Shown here piece after piece: positions 20,860 through 30,717 of a stretch of 64,000 bases of DNA. Position numbers and translations under genes: made by a program. The notes beneath the pieces are model-generated. The model was not told the origin of the DNA. It ran no database searches and saw nothing but the letters and a program-made list of their open reading frames with translations. The stretch comes from Nitrospirota bacterium (GTDB taxonomy: Bacteria; Nitrospirota; UBA9217), in the NCBI GenBank assembly GCA_963740085.1, contig CAVUCU010000005.1, forward strand, positions 384,001 to 448,000. Reading direction: 5' to 3'. Position 1 is the first letter of the stretch. Each line of letters opens with the position of its first letter.

Positions 20860-20880
20860 GGCCAGTCTCCTTTGTAGATG

Positions 20881-20922
20881 AGTATATCGTTCCTTTCAAG
20901 TAAAGCATATGATCTGCATCAT
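20881..20922 (-). promoter_or_regulatory. class II Crp/Fnr-type promoter of the DUF438 gene
   Basis: Palindrome ATGAT-CTGC-ATCAT (20909-20922) centred about -41.5 from the start site implied by -10 TATACT (20881-20886). Confidence 0.7.
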
Positions 20923-21049
20923 GACAACTGCTGCTTTCTTCTGCCGATATTCCCTGGCCGGTCAGAACGCCGGGTCAGATGGGTATTAAAAAACCACCAG
21001 AGAAACGCCAACAGGGGGCAAAATGACTGCTATACTAAAACAATAAAAC

Positions 21050-21081
21050 AAAAAGAGGAGGGGAATAGCCCTTCCCCTCCT
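21050..21081 (-). terminator. hairpin with U-tract on the minus strand
   Basis: AGGAGGGGAA-loop-TTCCCCTCCT 10-bp stem preceded by an A-tract. Confidence 0.5.
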
Positions 21082-21117
21082 TGCTGCGGATTGATATGTC
21101 TTGTCACCTTATATACC

Positions 21118-22563
21118 ATGGCAGACAAAATTCTGTTGATAAGCATTAACCAGTGCGATGAACCCTACCCTGTCTTCCCTCTCGGCCTGGCGTACGTTGC
21201 GTCAGCCTTGCGCCGGGCCGGCCATCGCACCAGGTTGATGGATTTGCACATGGACCGACCGGCGGTCGCCGGAACGATCGCAGAATTTCAACCTGATTTT
21301 GTCGGGATCTCACTGCGCAACATTGACGATGTCCTCATAAGGAAACGTCACACCTTTTTCGACGGCCTGAGCGAACTCTGTGCTGAGATCAGACGACGCT
21401 CGTCCTGCCCTATTATCCTGGGTGGAAGCGGTTTTTCGATTTTCCCGAAAGAGCTGCTGGCCTTATCGGGCGCTGATTTCGGAATTCAGGGAGAAGGAGA
21501 AAACAGCGTGGTTTCGCTGGTTTCCGCCCTTGAACATAAAACGGATTACTCCGATATTTCCGGCCTTGTCTTTCGGAATGCCGGCCGAATTATCATGAAT
21601 CTTCGGCATGATCACGTTCGCTTGGGCCACCTGGCAATGCCTCAACGCCCCGACCGCCTCGTTGACTTCTACCTTCAGAAGAGCGCGATGCTTAACATCC
21701 AGACCCAGCGCGGCTGCGCCTTTCACTGTTGTTATTGCACATATCCGGTCATTGAGGGGCGGCATTATCAGCGGCGCGCTCCTGAAGCTGTGGCGGAAGA
21801 ATTTGAAGCAATCGAGCACCTCGGCGCAAAATATCTCTTCATCGTTGACGCTGTTTTTAATTCATCCAACGAGCACGTCGCGGGAGTTTGCGAAGCGATA
21901 TTACAAAAGAACCTGAAGATCAAATGGGGCTGCTTCCTGCACCCTAAAAATCTAACGCCTGAATTAATGCGGTTGATGGCCCGCGCCGGCCTGAGTCATA
22001 TTGAATTCGGGTCTGATAGCTTCTGCGATCCGGTGCTGGAAGCTTACGGCAAGAACTTTACCTTCGAGGACATTTATGGATCAAGCGTACTGGCGCTTCG
22101 CGAAAATGTGGATTACTGCCATTTCCTGATCTTCGGCGGGCCTGGTGAAACGCGGGAGACGATGAAGCGGGGCTTTGAGAATTCACGCCGATTGAAACGC
22201 GAGGTGGTCTTGGCGGTGGTCGGCATGCGCATGTATCCGGGCACGCCGCTGCATAAGCGTGCCATTCACGAGGGCCGCGCCTGGATTGGAGCAGATCTGC
22301 TGAAACCGCGGTATTATCTTTCCCCTGCCCTGACGGAGGATGAGGTGTTCGGGCATTTGCATGAATTCGCGCGCTTGTCGCCCGCCTGGATCGTCGGCGA
22401 TCCAACGCCCCTTTACCGGAAATTGACCGAACGTCTGCGCACGAAAGGCGTCGTGGGACCTCTCTGGAGTTACTTCGCGATGATGCAGCGACTGGCCGCG
22501 TCTCCCGGCGCTGAAATGAACCGCCAGGATGGAGCAGTGAGAAACCCGGCAACTCCGGCATGA
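21118..22563 (+). CDS. cobalamin-dependent radical SAM protein
   Basis: N-terminal B12-binding domain (PVFPLGLAYV, GISLRNID, ILGGSGFS) and QRGCAFHCCYC CxxxCxxC motif. Confidence 0.9.
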   Translation: MADKILLISINQCDEPYPVFPLGLAYVASALRRAGHRTRLMDLHMDRPAVAGTIAEFQPDFVGISLRNIDDVLIRKRHTFFDGLSELCAEIRRRSSCPIILGGSGFSIFPKELLALSGADFGIQGEGENSVVSLVSALEHKTDYSDISGLVFRNAGRIIMNLRHDHVRLGHLAMPQRPDRLVDFYLQKSAMLNIQTQRGCAFHCCYCTYPVIEGRHYQRRAPEAVAEEFEAIEHLGAKYLFIVDAVFNSSNEHVAGVCEAILQKNLKIKWGCFLHPKNLTPELMRLMARAGLSHIEFGSDSFCDPVLEAYGKNFTFEDIYGSSVLALRENVDYCHFLIFGGPGETRETMKRGFENSRRLKREVVLAVVGMRMYPGTPLHKRAIHEGRAWIGADLLKPRYYLSPALTEDEVFGHLHEFARLSPAWIVGDPTPLYRKLTERLRTKGVVGPLWSYFAMMQRLAASPGAEMNRQDGAVRNPATPA

Positions 22564-22684
22564 CGCTGAGCAATATCACGGCGGCCGGAATACCGTCTTT
22601 AAGAAATTGCGGGGCCATCTGAGCTTTTCCGTGTATTCGACAACTCGAGATTTCACATCATGATCAAGAACAGGCCATCGCCAC

Positions 22685-22719
22685 AAAAAAGCCCATGCTG
22701 ATTTCACAGCATGGGCTTT
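22685..22719 (-). terminator. intrinsic terminator at the end of the C1 cluster (after fhs)
   Basis: AAAAAAGCCCATGCTG-ATTTCA-CAGCATGGGCTTT inverted repeat. Confidence 0.88.
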
Positions 22720-22750
22720 GTAAATGTTGAACAGCGAATTTCGAACCCTT

Positions 22751-24514
22751 TTAAAACAACCCTGAGACCTTGCCGGTGTTTACATCCACATCCACGCGAC
22801 GGAATGCCGGGTTGGAACTCGTTCCGGGCATAAGGCTGATCGCCCCCGCGCACGGGCACAGGAACTTGGCCCCCGAGTAGATCAATACGTCCCTGATGGG
22901 CAGCGTCCAGCCCTTCGGCACCCCCTTGAGGGTCGGGTCGTGGGTGAGGCTCAGATGGGTCTTGACCATCATGGTGGCGTAGTCGGCGTACTTGGGATCG
23001 TCTTCCAGCATCTTGGCCTTGGCCTCAGCTTCGGGAAGCCAGGTAACACCATCCGCCCCGTACACCTCTTTGGCAATTTTCGCCACCCGGTCACGCAACT
23101 TCATCTCAAGCGGGTAGAGGAACTTGAAGTCGTTCTTCTCGTTGCAGGCGTCAATGACCGCATCTGCCAGTTCCAGCGCACCCTCGCCGCCTTTGAGCCA
23201 GTGCTGTGATTCCGCGCAGCGGGCGCCTGCTGCCTCGGCTGCCTTCTTGACTGCGGCCACTTCGGCGTTCGTATCGGTGTAAAAACGGTTGATGCAGACC
23301 ACCGGGTTGATGCCGGACTTGCGGATAACGTTGATCATGTGGACCATGTTGGCGCAGCCCTTCTCAACCAGACCCACATTCTCCTTGGTGTACTCATCTG
23401 GCAGGGCCTTGCCGGCCACCACCTTGGGGCCGCCGCCATGCATCTTCAGGGCGCGGACAGTGGTGGTGAGCACCGAAACGTGCGGTTTCAATCCGCTGAA
23501 ACGGGATTTGACGTTCCAGAATTTTTCAAAGCCGATGTCAGCGGCGAACCCGGACTCGGTCACATGATAGTCGAACAGCTTCAGGCCGACCCGGTCGGCG
23601 ATGATGGATGACTGGCCGACGGCGATATTGGCAAACGGTCCTGCATGGACGAAGCAGGGATTGTATTCGGCCGTGCACATGAGCGTGGGGTTAATGGTAT
23701 TGCGCATAAAGGCGGCCATGGCATTGCCGACCTCCAGATCACCCGTGGTAACGGGTTTGCCGCTCTTGTCGAAGGCAACGGTTATATGGTTCAGTCTCTC
23801 TTTCAGGTCGGCAAGGTCTTTGGCTATGGACAGGATGGCCATGCACTCGGACCCGACGGCGATGCCGAACTTGGACTGCATCATGAAGCCGTCCGTCCTG
23901 CCGCCCATGCCGATGATGATATTACGGAGGCTCTGGGCGCAGAAATCCATGATCCACCCCATCTCCACGCGGGTGGGGTCGATGTTGAGACGCCTCATCT
24001 TCGTGAGACGGTCCAGCTGCTCGTCGTTATAGTTGCGCTCGTGCTGCATGCGGGAGGTCATCGCCACCATCGCAAGGTTGTGCGCGTTCATGATGTCGTT
24101 GATGTCGCCGGTGAGGCCCAGGGAGAACTCGGTCATGGGGATCAGCAGGGAGTTGCCGCCGCCGGCCGCGGTGCCCTTCACGTTCATGGTGGGACCGCCT
24201 GAAGGCTGACGCAGCGCGCCGCCCACGTTCACACCGCGCTTGCCCAGGCCTTCCATCAGCCCGCACGAGGTTGTGCTTTTGCCTTCGCCCAGAGGGGTCG
24301 GCGTGATGGCGGTCACCTCGATGTACTTCCCGTCAGACTTGTCCTTCAGGCGTTTGATGACCTTGAGAAAGTCGATCTTGGACAGGCGGCCCATAGGCAG
24401 CATCTCGTCCTTCTGCAGGCCCAGTTTTTCGCGCCAGGCCTCCGGCGTCGGCATATTCTTTTCCGCTTCCTCGGAAATCTGCCAGTCGGCTAACTTCGTT
24501 GCATCATAGGGCAT
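22751..24514 (-). CDS. fhs: formate--tetrahydrofolate ligase
   Basis: [46 protein letters not shown] and MPG motifs; AGGAGG RBS. Confidence 0.97.
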   Translation of the reverse strand: MPYDATKLADWQISEEAEKNMPTPEAWREKLGLQKDEMLPMGRLSKIDFLKVIKRLKDKSDGKYIEVTAITPTPLGEGKSTTSCGLMEGLGKRGVNVGGALRQPSGGPTMNVKGTAAGGGNSLLIPMTEFSLGLTGDINDIMNAHNLAMVAMTSRMQHERNYNDEQLDRLTKMRRLNIDPTRVEMGWIMDFCAQSLRNIIIGMGGRTDGFMMQSKFGIAVGSECMAILSIAKDLADLKERLNHITVAFDKSGKPVTTGDLEVGNAMAAFMRNTINPTLMCTAEYNPCFVHAGPFANIAVGQSSIIADRVGLKLFDYHVTESGFAADIGFEKFWNVKSRFSGLKPHVSVLTTTVRALKMHGGGPKVVAGKALPDEYTKENVGLVEKGCANMVHMINVIRKSGINPVVCINRFYTDTNAEVAAVKKAAEAAGARCAESQHWLKGGEGALELADAVIDACNEKNDFKFLYPLEMKLRDRVAKIAKEVYGADGVTWLPEAEAKAKMLEDDPKYADYATMMVKTHLSLTHDPTLKGVPKGWTLPIRDVLIYSGAKFLCPCAGAISLMPGTSSNPAFRRVDVDVNTGKVSGLF

Positions 24515-24601
24515 AACAATTCCTCCTTTTTCTTTCTTTTGATATGAGAGCCTCTCATGGCTCACATTGAAATACTTTCCTTGACACCCCAACTCCCAAC
24601 G

Positions 24602-27271
24602 TCATGCCTTTTCAATCCGTACCGCACACACCTTGAACTCGGGGATCTTGACAACAGGATCGAGCGCGTCGTTGGTGATCACGTTCGCTGCGGCCTCCCG
24701 ATAATGCATGGGGATGAAGACCGTGCCTGCGGGAACGCGGCCCGATATCCTGACCTTGATATCCACCTCTCCCCGGCGTGAACGAACCCTGATCAGATCG
24801 CCGTTCTGAACCCCGAGTTTCCGCCCGTCAATGGCATTCAATTCCACATACGCTTCACCCGCATGTTTTTCGATGGGTTCAACCCGCCTTGTCATCGAAC
24901 CTGAATGGTACTGAAACAGGTTTCTCCCCGTGGTCAGCACATAGGGATATTCACTATTGGTGACCTCCGCGGGCGGATTGTAAGGAACCGTAACAAAGGG
25001 CACTTTCCCTTTGGGGAATCCATCCTTATAGAGATACTCGGTGCCGGGGTGGTCCCTTGTAGGACAAGGCCAGGGGATGCCGTTGACCGCGATGCGGTCA
25101 TAGGTTATCCCTGCCATGGCAGGCCAGAGCTTGCCGTACTCCTCGAGCACCTTCGCCGGAGAATCATAGATCATGGGATAGCCCAGGTTTTTCGAGAGGT
25201 CCATGATGATGGAGAGATCTTCCCTTGCCTCGCCTGGAGGCTCCACCGCTTTTCGCACGCGCTGGACCTTTCTCTCGGTGTTGCTGAACGTGCCGTCCTT
25301 CTCGTATGCGCACGCGGCGGGCAGCACGATGTCCGCGAGTTTCGCGGTTTCAGTCAGAAAGATGTCCTGCACGATCAAAAAGTCGAGACGATCCAGCGCC
25401 TTGACCGTATGGTGCATGTGGGGATCGGTAATTATCGGGTTCTCTCCCATGATATACATGGCCTTAAGCTTCCCGTCCGCCGCCGCGTTGATCATTTCCG
25501 TGGCGGTAAGACCGGGTTTGGGCGAGAGCTGGACGCCCCATGCTTGTTCGAACTTCACCCTCATCTCCGGAGTATCCACTTTTTGATATCCGGGGTAAAC
25601 GTCCGGAAGGCACGCCGCATCGGAAGCGCCCTGCACATTGTTCTGCCCCCGCAACGGGTTGACGCCGGTAAATTCGCGCCCGATATTTCCCGTAAGCGTC
25701 GCAAGGTTTGCGATCGCCCTGACATTATCGGTGCCGCATGTATGCTGCGTGATCCCCATGGTATAGAAGATGCCCGCTCTGCGGGATTTACCGTAGAGCC
25801 GGGCGGCCTTGACAAGGCTGTCCTTCGGGACACCGGTGATCCGCTCCACCTTCTCCGGAGTGAATTCCTCGAGGGAGTGTTTCCAGGCGTCAAATCCATC
25901 GGTCTTGTCCCTGATGAACTCGTCGTTCTGAAGGCCTTCGCTCACGATCACCCGGGCGATGCCGTTCAGCAGGGCGACATCGGTGCCCGGCCTCATCTGC
26001 AGAAAGATGTCGGCGAACTTGACCATGGGAACGCTCCGCGGGTCAGCGATGATGATCTTCGCTCCCTTGCGGAAGGCCTTGATCATCCTGTTCGCGATGA
26101 CGGGATGGGTCTCCTTGGTGTTCGAGCCGATGATGAAGATGATTTCCATGCCCTCGATCTCCCGTATCGAGTTTGTCATGGCCCCGGAACCGAAGATGGC
26201 GGCCAGCCCGGCCACCGTTGGAGAATGTCAGAGACGCGCGCAGTGATCGACATTGTTCGTGCCGATTCCCGCGCGCATGAATTTTTGGAACAGATAGTTT
26301 TCTTCGTTCGTACAGCGCGCGGAGGAAAGCCCGCCGATCGCATCGGCGCCGTACTCCTCCTTGATCTTCTTGAGCCAGGTCGCGGTGTATGCCAGTGCGG
26401 CTGTCCAAGACGTCTCCTCGAACCTGCCGTCCGACCGCCTGATGAGGGGCTTGGTGAGGCGTTCGGGGCTGTTCACGAACCTGTACCCGAACCTGCCCTT
26501 GACGCAGAGCCATCCCTCGTTCCAGGTGTTCTGCTTCGAGGTGACCCGGATGATCTCGTTCTCCTTCACATGAGCCGTGATGTTGCAGCCGGTGCCGCAA
26601 TAGGCACAGACCGTGTCAACCTGCTTGATGTCCTGGTAACGTCCTTTGTGGGACCACTGTTTCCCGGTCAGCGCGCCCGTGGGACATACGGAAACACACT
26701 GTCCGCAGAACTCGCAGTCAAGGTCGTCTTCATAGGTGGTGCAGATCTTGGACTTGAATCCGCGGTACCCATAATCGATCGCCTCAACGCCCTGGATCTC
26801 GTCGCAAACCTTGACGCACCTTCCGCAAAGGATGCATTTCTCCATGTCCCGTTCAATGAAGGGATTGCCGTCCCGCTTGGGGTAAATACGCCGTTCGCCC
26901 GGATAGTCCGCCCCGCGCACGTCGTACGCGTAGGCAAGCTCCTGCAGTGCGCAATTGCCCGTCGCCTCGCAGACCATACAGTCATTGGGATGGTCCGAGA
27001 TGATCAGTTCCAATACCAGCTTTCTTAGTTCTTCGAGATGCGGGGTAGAGGTGGTGATCTCCATCCCTTCCGTGACGGGCGTTGTGCATGAGGCCACCGG
27101 TTTGGGTATCCCTTTTATCTCCACGATGCACAGGCGGCAGCCGCCGGACGGGGTGAGCTTGGGGTGATTGCAGAGCGTCGGTATAAAGATGCCGTGCATT
27201 CGCGCCGATTCGAGGACCGTACTGTTTGCGGGGACGGCAAGCACTTTACCGTTTATGGTTATCCGGACCAT
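24602..27271 (-). CDS. fdhA: selenocysteine formate dehydrogenase alpha subunit, downstream copy; joins ORFs 26228..27271 and 24602..26215
   Basis: In-frame TGA at 26228-26230 in DHCARL-U-HSPTVAGL; NuoG-like Fe-S N-terminus, CAYCGTGC, LCVKG, LRGQNNVQG and Mo/W-bisPGD C-terminus; 889 aa with read-through. Confidence 0.93.
26195..26230 (-). promoter_or_regulatory. bacterial SECIS-like element
   Basis: UGA CAU UCU CCA AC GGUGGCC GGGCU GGCCGCC; 7-bp stem with G-rich loop at the same position as the E. coli fdhF SECIS. Confidence 0.8.
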
Positions 27272-27273
27272 TG

Positions 27274-29052
27274 CTAATCCCTCTCTACGGAATTGAACTT
27301 ACAGACCTCAAAACAGGCGCCGCACCTGATACATTTTGCCGGATCGATCTTATGGGGCGTCTTCTTCGCCCCGGTGATCGCGCCTGAAGGACAGGCCTTC
27401 AGGCAGGCGCCGCAGGCCTTGCAGCGGTCCTGGCTGATGGAATAGGTCAGGAGATGTTTGCAAACCTTGGCCGGGCACTTCTTGTCCCTGATATGCGTTT
27501 CATATTCTTCGCGGAAATATTTGATCGTGCTCAGGATGGGATTTGGCGCAGTCTGGCCGAGACCGCAGAGGGACGTTGCCTTGATGCCGGCGCTTAATTT
27601 CTCAAGACGCTCGATATCACCGGTCCTGCCGTGTCCCTTGGTGATCCGGTCAAGGATCTCGAGGAGCCTCTTGGTGCCTACCCTGCAGGGGACGCATTTA
27701 CCGCATGATTCCGCCTGGGTGAACTGGATAAAGTAATGCGCCATATTCACCATGCAGTCGTCCTCATCGAGGACGATCATGCCGCCCGATCCGACGATGG
27801 AACCGACCTTGGCGAGGGACTCATAATCGACGGGCAGGTCGAGCATACTTGCCGGGATGCAGCCTCCGGAAGGGCCGCCGGTCTGGACGGCCTTCAGCGG
27901 CTTGCCGCTTTCAATACCGCCGCCGATGTCCTTGATGATCTCCCCAAGGGTGATGCCCATGGGGACCTCGATAAGGCCGGGGTTCTTGATCTTGCCGGTA
28001 AGCGCAAAGACCTTGGTCCCGCGCGACTTCTCAGTGCCGTACGCAGCGTACCATGCACACCCACGCCTGATGATAGCGGGTATGTTTGCCAGGGTTTCTA
28101 CGTTGTTGATGACCGTGGGCTGCTGCCACAGCCCTTTGTGCACCGGGAAGGGAGGTTTCGGCCTCGGCATGCCCCGCAGGCCTTCGATGGACGCGATGAG
28201 CGCTGTTTCCTCGCCGCATACGAACGCCCCGGCGCCGAGTTTGATCGTGATATCAAAATCGAAATCCGTTCCAAAAATGTTTTTTCCAAGATATCCCCGG
28301 GCCGTCGCCTGCTCCAGGCCCCGCTTCAGCCGCTCAACGGCAAGAGGGTATTCGGCCCGGATATAAACATACCCGTGGTGTGCGCCGAAAGCGTATGCGC
28401 CGATGATCATACCTTCAATGACAGCATGAGGATTTCCCTCGATCACGGCCCGGTCCATGAAGGCGCCTGGATCGCCTTCATCGGCGTTGCAGACAATATA
28501 CTTGTTTACGCCGGAAGCTTTTCTCCCCAGTTCCCACTTGAGGCCGGTGGGGAAACCCGCGCCGCCCCTGCCGCGCAGGCCCGATGATTTTATTTCTTCA
28601 ATAACATCTTCCGGGGTCCATGAGCGCAGCACCTCGTGGGCGGCTTCATAGCCTTCCACTGCACGATATGCGTCGATGTCCTCGGGATCAATCCGGCCGC
28701 AGTCGGAAAGGACCACTTTGATCTGTTTTTTGTAGAAGTCGTCATATGTGTCGTCAACCAGCCATTCCTTGACCGGCGTTCCGGCGATGATATGCTCATC
28801 CACGATCCTCTGGACCATATCGGGCTTGACGTATTGATAGACGATCTTTGCCCCGCCCCGGTGTACTTCCACCAGAACGTCGCGTGCGCAGAGACCCAGG
28901 CAGCCCACCTGGTGGGAAGAGCAGTTTTCCTTGAGCGATGCCGTTGCGCCGGATCGCGCGAGGGATTCCTTGAAGGACTCGATGACCATCCTTCCTCCCG
29001 CAGCGATCCCTGCCGGGCCCAAGCAGACGCGTATGACCGTTCCGTTATCCAA
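27274..29052 (-). CDS. NuoF/HydB-like flavin-Fe-S diaphorase subunit, downstream copy
   Basis: GLRGRGGAGFPTG, CNADEGDPGAFMDR, GEETAL, ESCGKCVPCRVG; N-terminal thioredoxin-like [2Fe-2S] domain and C-terminal 2x[4Fe-4S] domain. Confidence 0.93.
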   Translation of the reverse strand: MDNGTVIRVCLGPAGIAAGGRMVIESFKESLARSGATASLKENCSSHQVGCLGLCARDVLVEVHRGGAKIVYQYVKPDMVQRIVDEHIIAGTPVKEWLVDDTYDDFYKKQIKVVLSDCGRIDPEDIDAYRAVEGYEAAHEVLRSWTPEDVIEEIKSSGLRGRGGAGFPTGLKWELGRKASGVNKYIVCNADEGDPGAFMDRAVIEGNPHAVIEGMIIGAYAFGAHHGYVYIRAEYPLAVERLKRGLEQATARGYLGKNIFGTDFDFDITIKLGAGAFVCGEETALIASIEGLRGMPRPKPPFPVHKGLWQQPTVINNVETLANIPAIIRRGCAWYAAYGTEKSRGTKVFALTGKIKNPGLIEVPMGITLGEIIKDIGGGIESGKPLKAVQTGGPSGGCIPASMLDLPVDYESLAKVGSIVGSGGMIVLDEDDCMVNMAHYFIQFTQAESCGKCVPCRVGTKRLLEILDRITKGHGRTGDIERLEKLSAGIKATSLCGLGQTAPNPILSTIKYFREEYETHIRDKKCPAKVCKHLLTYSISQDRCKACGACLKACPSGAITGAKKTPHKIDPAKCIRCGACFEVCKFNSVERD

Positions 29053-29512
29053 GTTCTTTTTTCCTCAGCGCCTTGATCTCTTTGATCAAGGGGTCGGCGC
29101 TCGTTTTCCCGTATACCGCGCCGTTAATAAGAACGACGGGCGCAAAACTGCAAAATCCGAGACAGGCGACCTTTTCGACCGTGAACTCCCGGTCCTGAGT
29201 GGTGTCCTCTTCCTCGGCGAGTTTCAACTCCCGCTTGAGGCTGTTCAGGATCCGCTCTGCCCCGCGAACATGGCATGCAGTGCCGCAACAGGCCGTAATT
29301 TTATTTTTCCCCGTCGGGGTCAGGCGGAACTGCGCATAAAAGGTGGCAACACCATAGAAACGGCTCGGAGCTATCGAAAGGTGTTCCGAAAAGTAATCGA
29401 CTGCTTCTCGGGGGACATACCCGAAGGCTTCCTGCGTATCCTGGAGAAGGGTGATGACGTTTCCACTCGACTGGTGGTAATGAAGGATGATTTTTTCAAG
29501 GATAGGATTCAT
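29045..29512 (-). CDS. NuoE/HydC-like [2Fe-2S] subunit, downstream copy
   Basis: GVATFYAQF, CCGTACHVRG and VACLGFCSFAP motifs. Confidence 0.93.
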   Translation of the reverse strand: MNPILEKIILHYHQSSGNVITLLQDTQEAFGYVPREAVDYFSEHLSIAPSRFYGVATFYAQFRLTPTGKNKITACCGTACHVRGAERILNSLKRELKLAEEEDTTQDREFTVEKVACLGFCSFAPVVLINGAVYGKTSADPLIKEIKALRKKELG

Positions 29513-29633
29513 AAGAAATATTTACCATTTATGCCTTATCATAGGCTAAGAGATCGAGCGGGGGATGTCGGTTTTTATCCATGCCCGCTTTATTCGATAA
29601 GGATCGGATTGTTCGGATGGCTGGAACGGTTTC

Positions 29634-30065
29634 CTAATACCCGGTAATGTAATCTTTCAGGTAATGAATCTCGGAAGTGAGCTTTTTGACCTGGACCTGA
29701 ATGATATCACGGATCGACAGCATTCCCACGATCTTGTTGTTCTCCAGTACGGGCAGATGTCTGATGTTTTTTTCGACCATTACTTTAGAAATATCGTCAA
29801 GATCGTCATCCGGAACGGCAACAATGAGATCGGCGACCATGGCATCCCTGACCTTGACATCCTTAAAGATCTTTCCACCAGAAGACAAATAACACCGTAC
29901 GACGTCCCGTTCGGTGAAAATGCCGACTGTCCTTCCTTCTTCGGTGACCATGATTGCGCTGATTTTCCGGCTGTGCATTGACCGGATGGCATCCTCAACA
30001 GAACTGCCGGCATCAATGGATACGACTTTGTGCCCCTTGGTATCCAACAACGTCTGCACTTTCAT
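29634..30065 (-). CDS. stand-alone CBS-pair protein
   Basis: VGIFTERD, IRHLPV and GMLSIRD motifs; GGAGG RBS 8 nt upstream of the ATG at 30065. Confidence 0.9.
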   Translation of the reverse strand: MKVQTLLDTKGHKVVSIDAGSSVEDAIRSMHSRKISAIMVTEEGRTVGIFTERDVVRCYLSSGGKIFKDVKVRDAMVADLIVAVPDDDLDDISKVMVEKNIRHLPVLENNKIVGMLSIRDIIQVQVKKLTSEIHYLKDYITGY

Positions 30066-30122
30066 GGTCTTCACCTCCGCTGGTTTTTATACCATTTTGA
30101 ATCGACCGCATCTCCGAGGTCA

Positions 30123-30581
30123 TCAGTAGCTGATCAGCGCCTTCATGAGCTTCTCGTTCATCGAGTGCACGTTCTTGCTCGCGCTCCGCGCGATGGTTTT
30201 CATGATCTTATACATCATCATCGTGTCGCTTTTCTCCAACGCCTTGAAGTCATCGGTCTTGAAGCAGAAGACCTCCGTGCCCTCGATCGCCGTGGCGTTC
30301 GCGCCGTGCACTTTTTTATCCTCGATCACGGACAGCTCGCCCAAAATATGGTTTTCCGCGAGGATGGCGAGCGTCTGTTTCCAGCCATCGGGCGTGTTCT
30401 TTGAAATCTCCACCTTCCCTGCCTTCACGAGGTAGATGCCCTTGGTGGGCTCTCCCTCTTTGAAGATCGGCTTCCCTTTCGGGTAGCTTTCAACGGTGAT
30501 CTTCTTCGCCATTGTTTCGAGCTCGGCATCGGTCAAATCGCTGAACAGGATCTGTTTTTTAAGTTCGGCTTTGTCAGGCAT
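30123..30581 (-). CDS. stand-alone cyclic-nucleotide-binding (cNMP) domain protein, no HTH
   Basis: IFKEGE, IYLVKAGKVEI and ILGELS motifs; 152 aa; GAGGAGG RBS. Confidence 0.88.
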   Translation of the reverse strand: MPDKAELKKQILFSDLTDAELETMAKKITVESYPKGKPIFKEGEPTKGIYLVKAGKVEISKNTPDGWKQTLAILAENHILGELSVIEDKKVHGANATAIEGTEVFCFKTDDFKALEKSDTMMMYKIMKTIARSASKNVHSMNEKLMKALISY

Positions 30582-30617
30582 TGTTACCTCCTCGATGAAT
30601 GCTACTGAATTAAAAAC

Positions 30618-30713
30618 CGAGGGACGAGGATGACCGTTCACTCCGTTCATTCGGACGAGGGGCGCACTCATTCTTGCCCTTTTTGTCCTTCATCCCTCAT
30701 CCATCATCCCTCG
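30618..30713. repeat. heptamer-based palindromic repeat, GGACGAG/CATCCCT family
   Basis: CGAGGGACGAGGATGA left arm and TCATCCCTCATCCATCATCCCTCG right arm; related to 52776-52867. Confidence 0.7.
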
Positions 30714-30717
30714 GATT

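Noticed and set aside
20878-21117. N-terminal extensions given by the ORF track (radical SAM, also dppC, folE, cNMP protein, cheW, YeeE)
   Set aside because: The extensions run through promoters, hairpins or repeats; downstream starts fit the family N-termini and RBS positions better.
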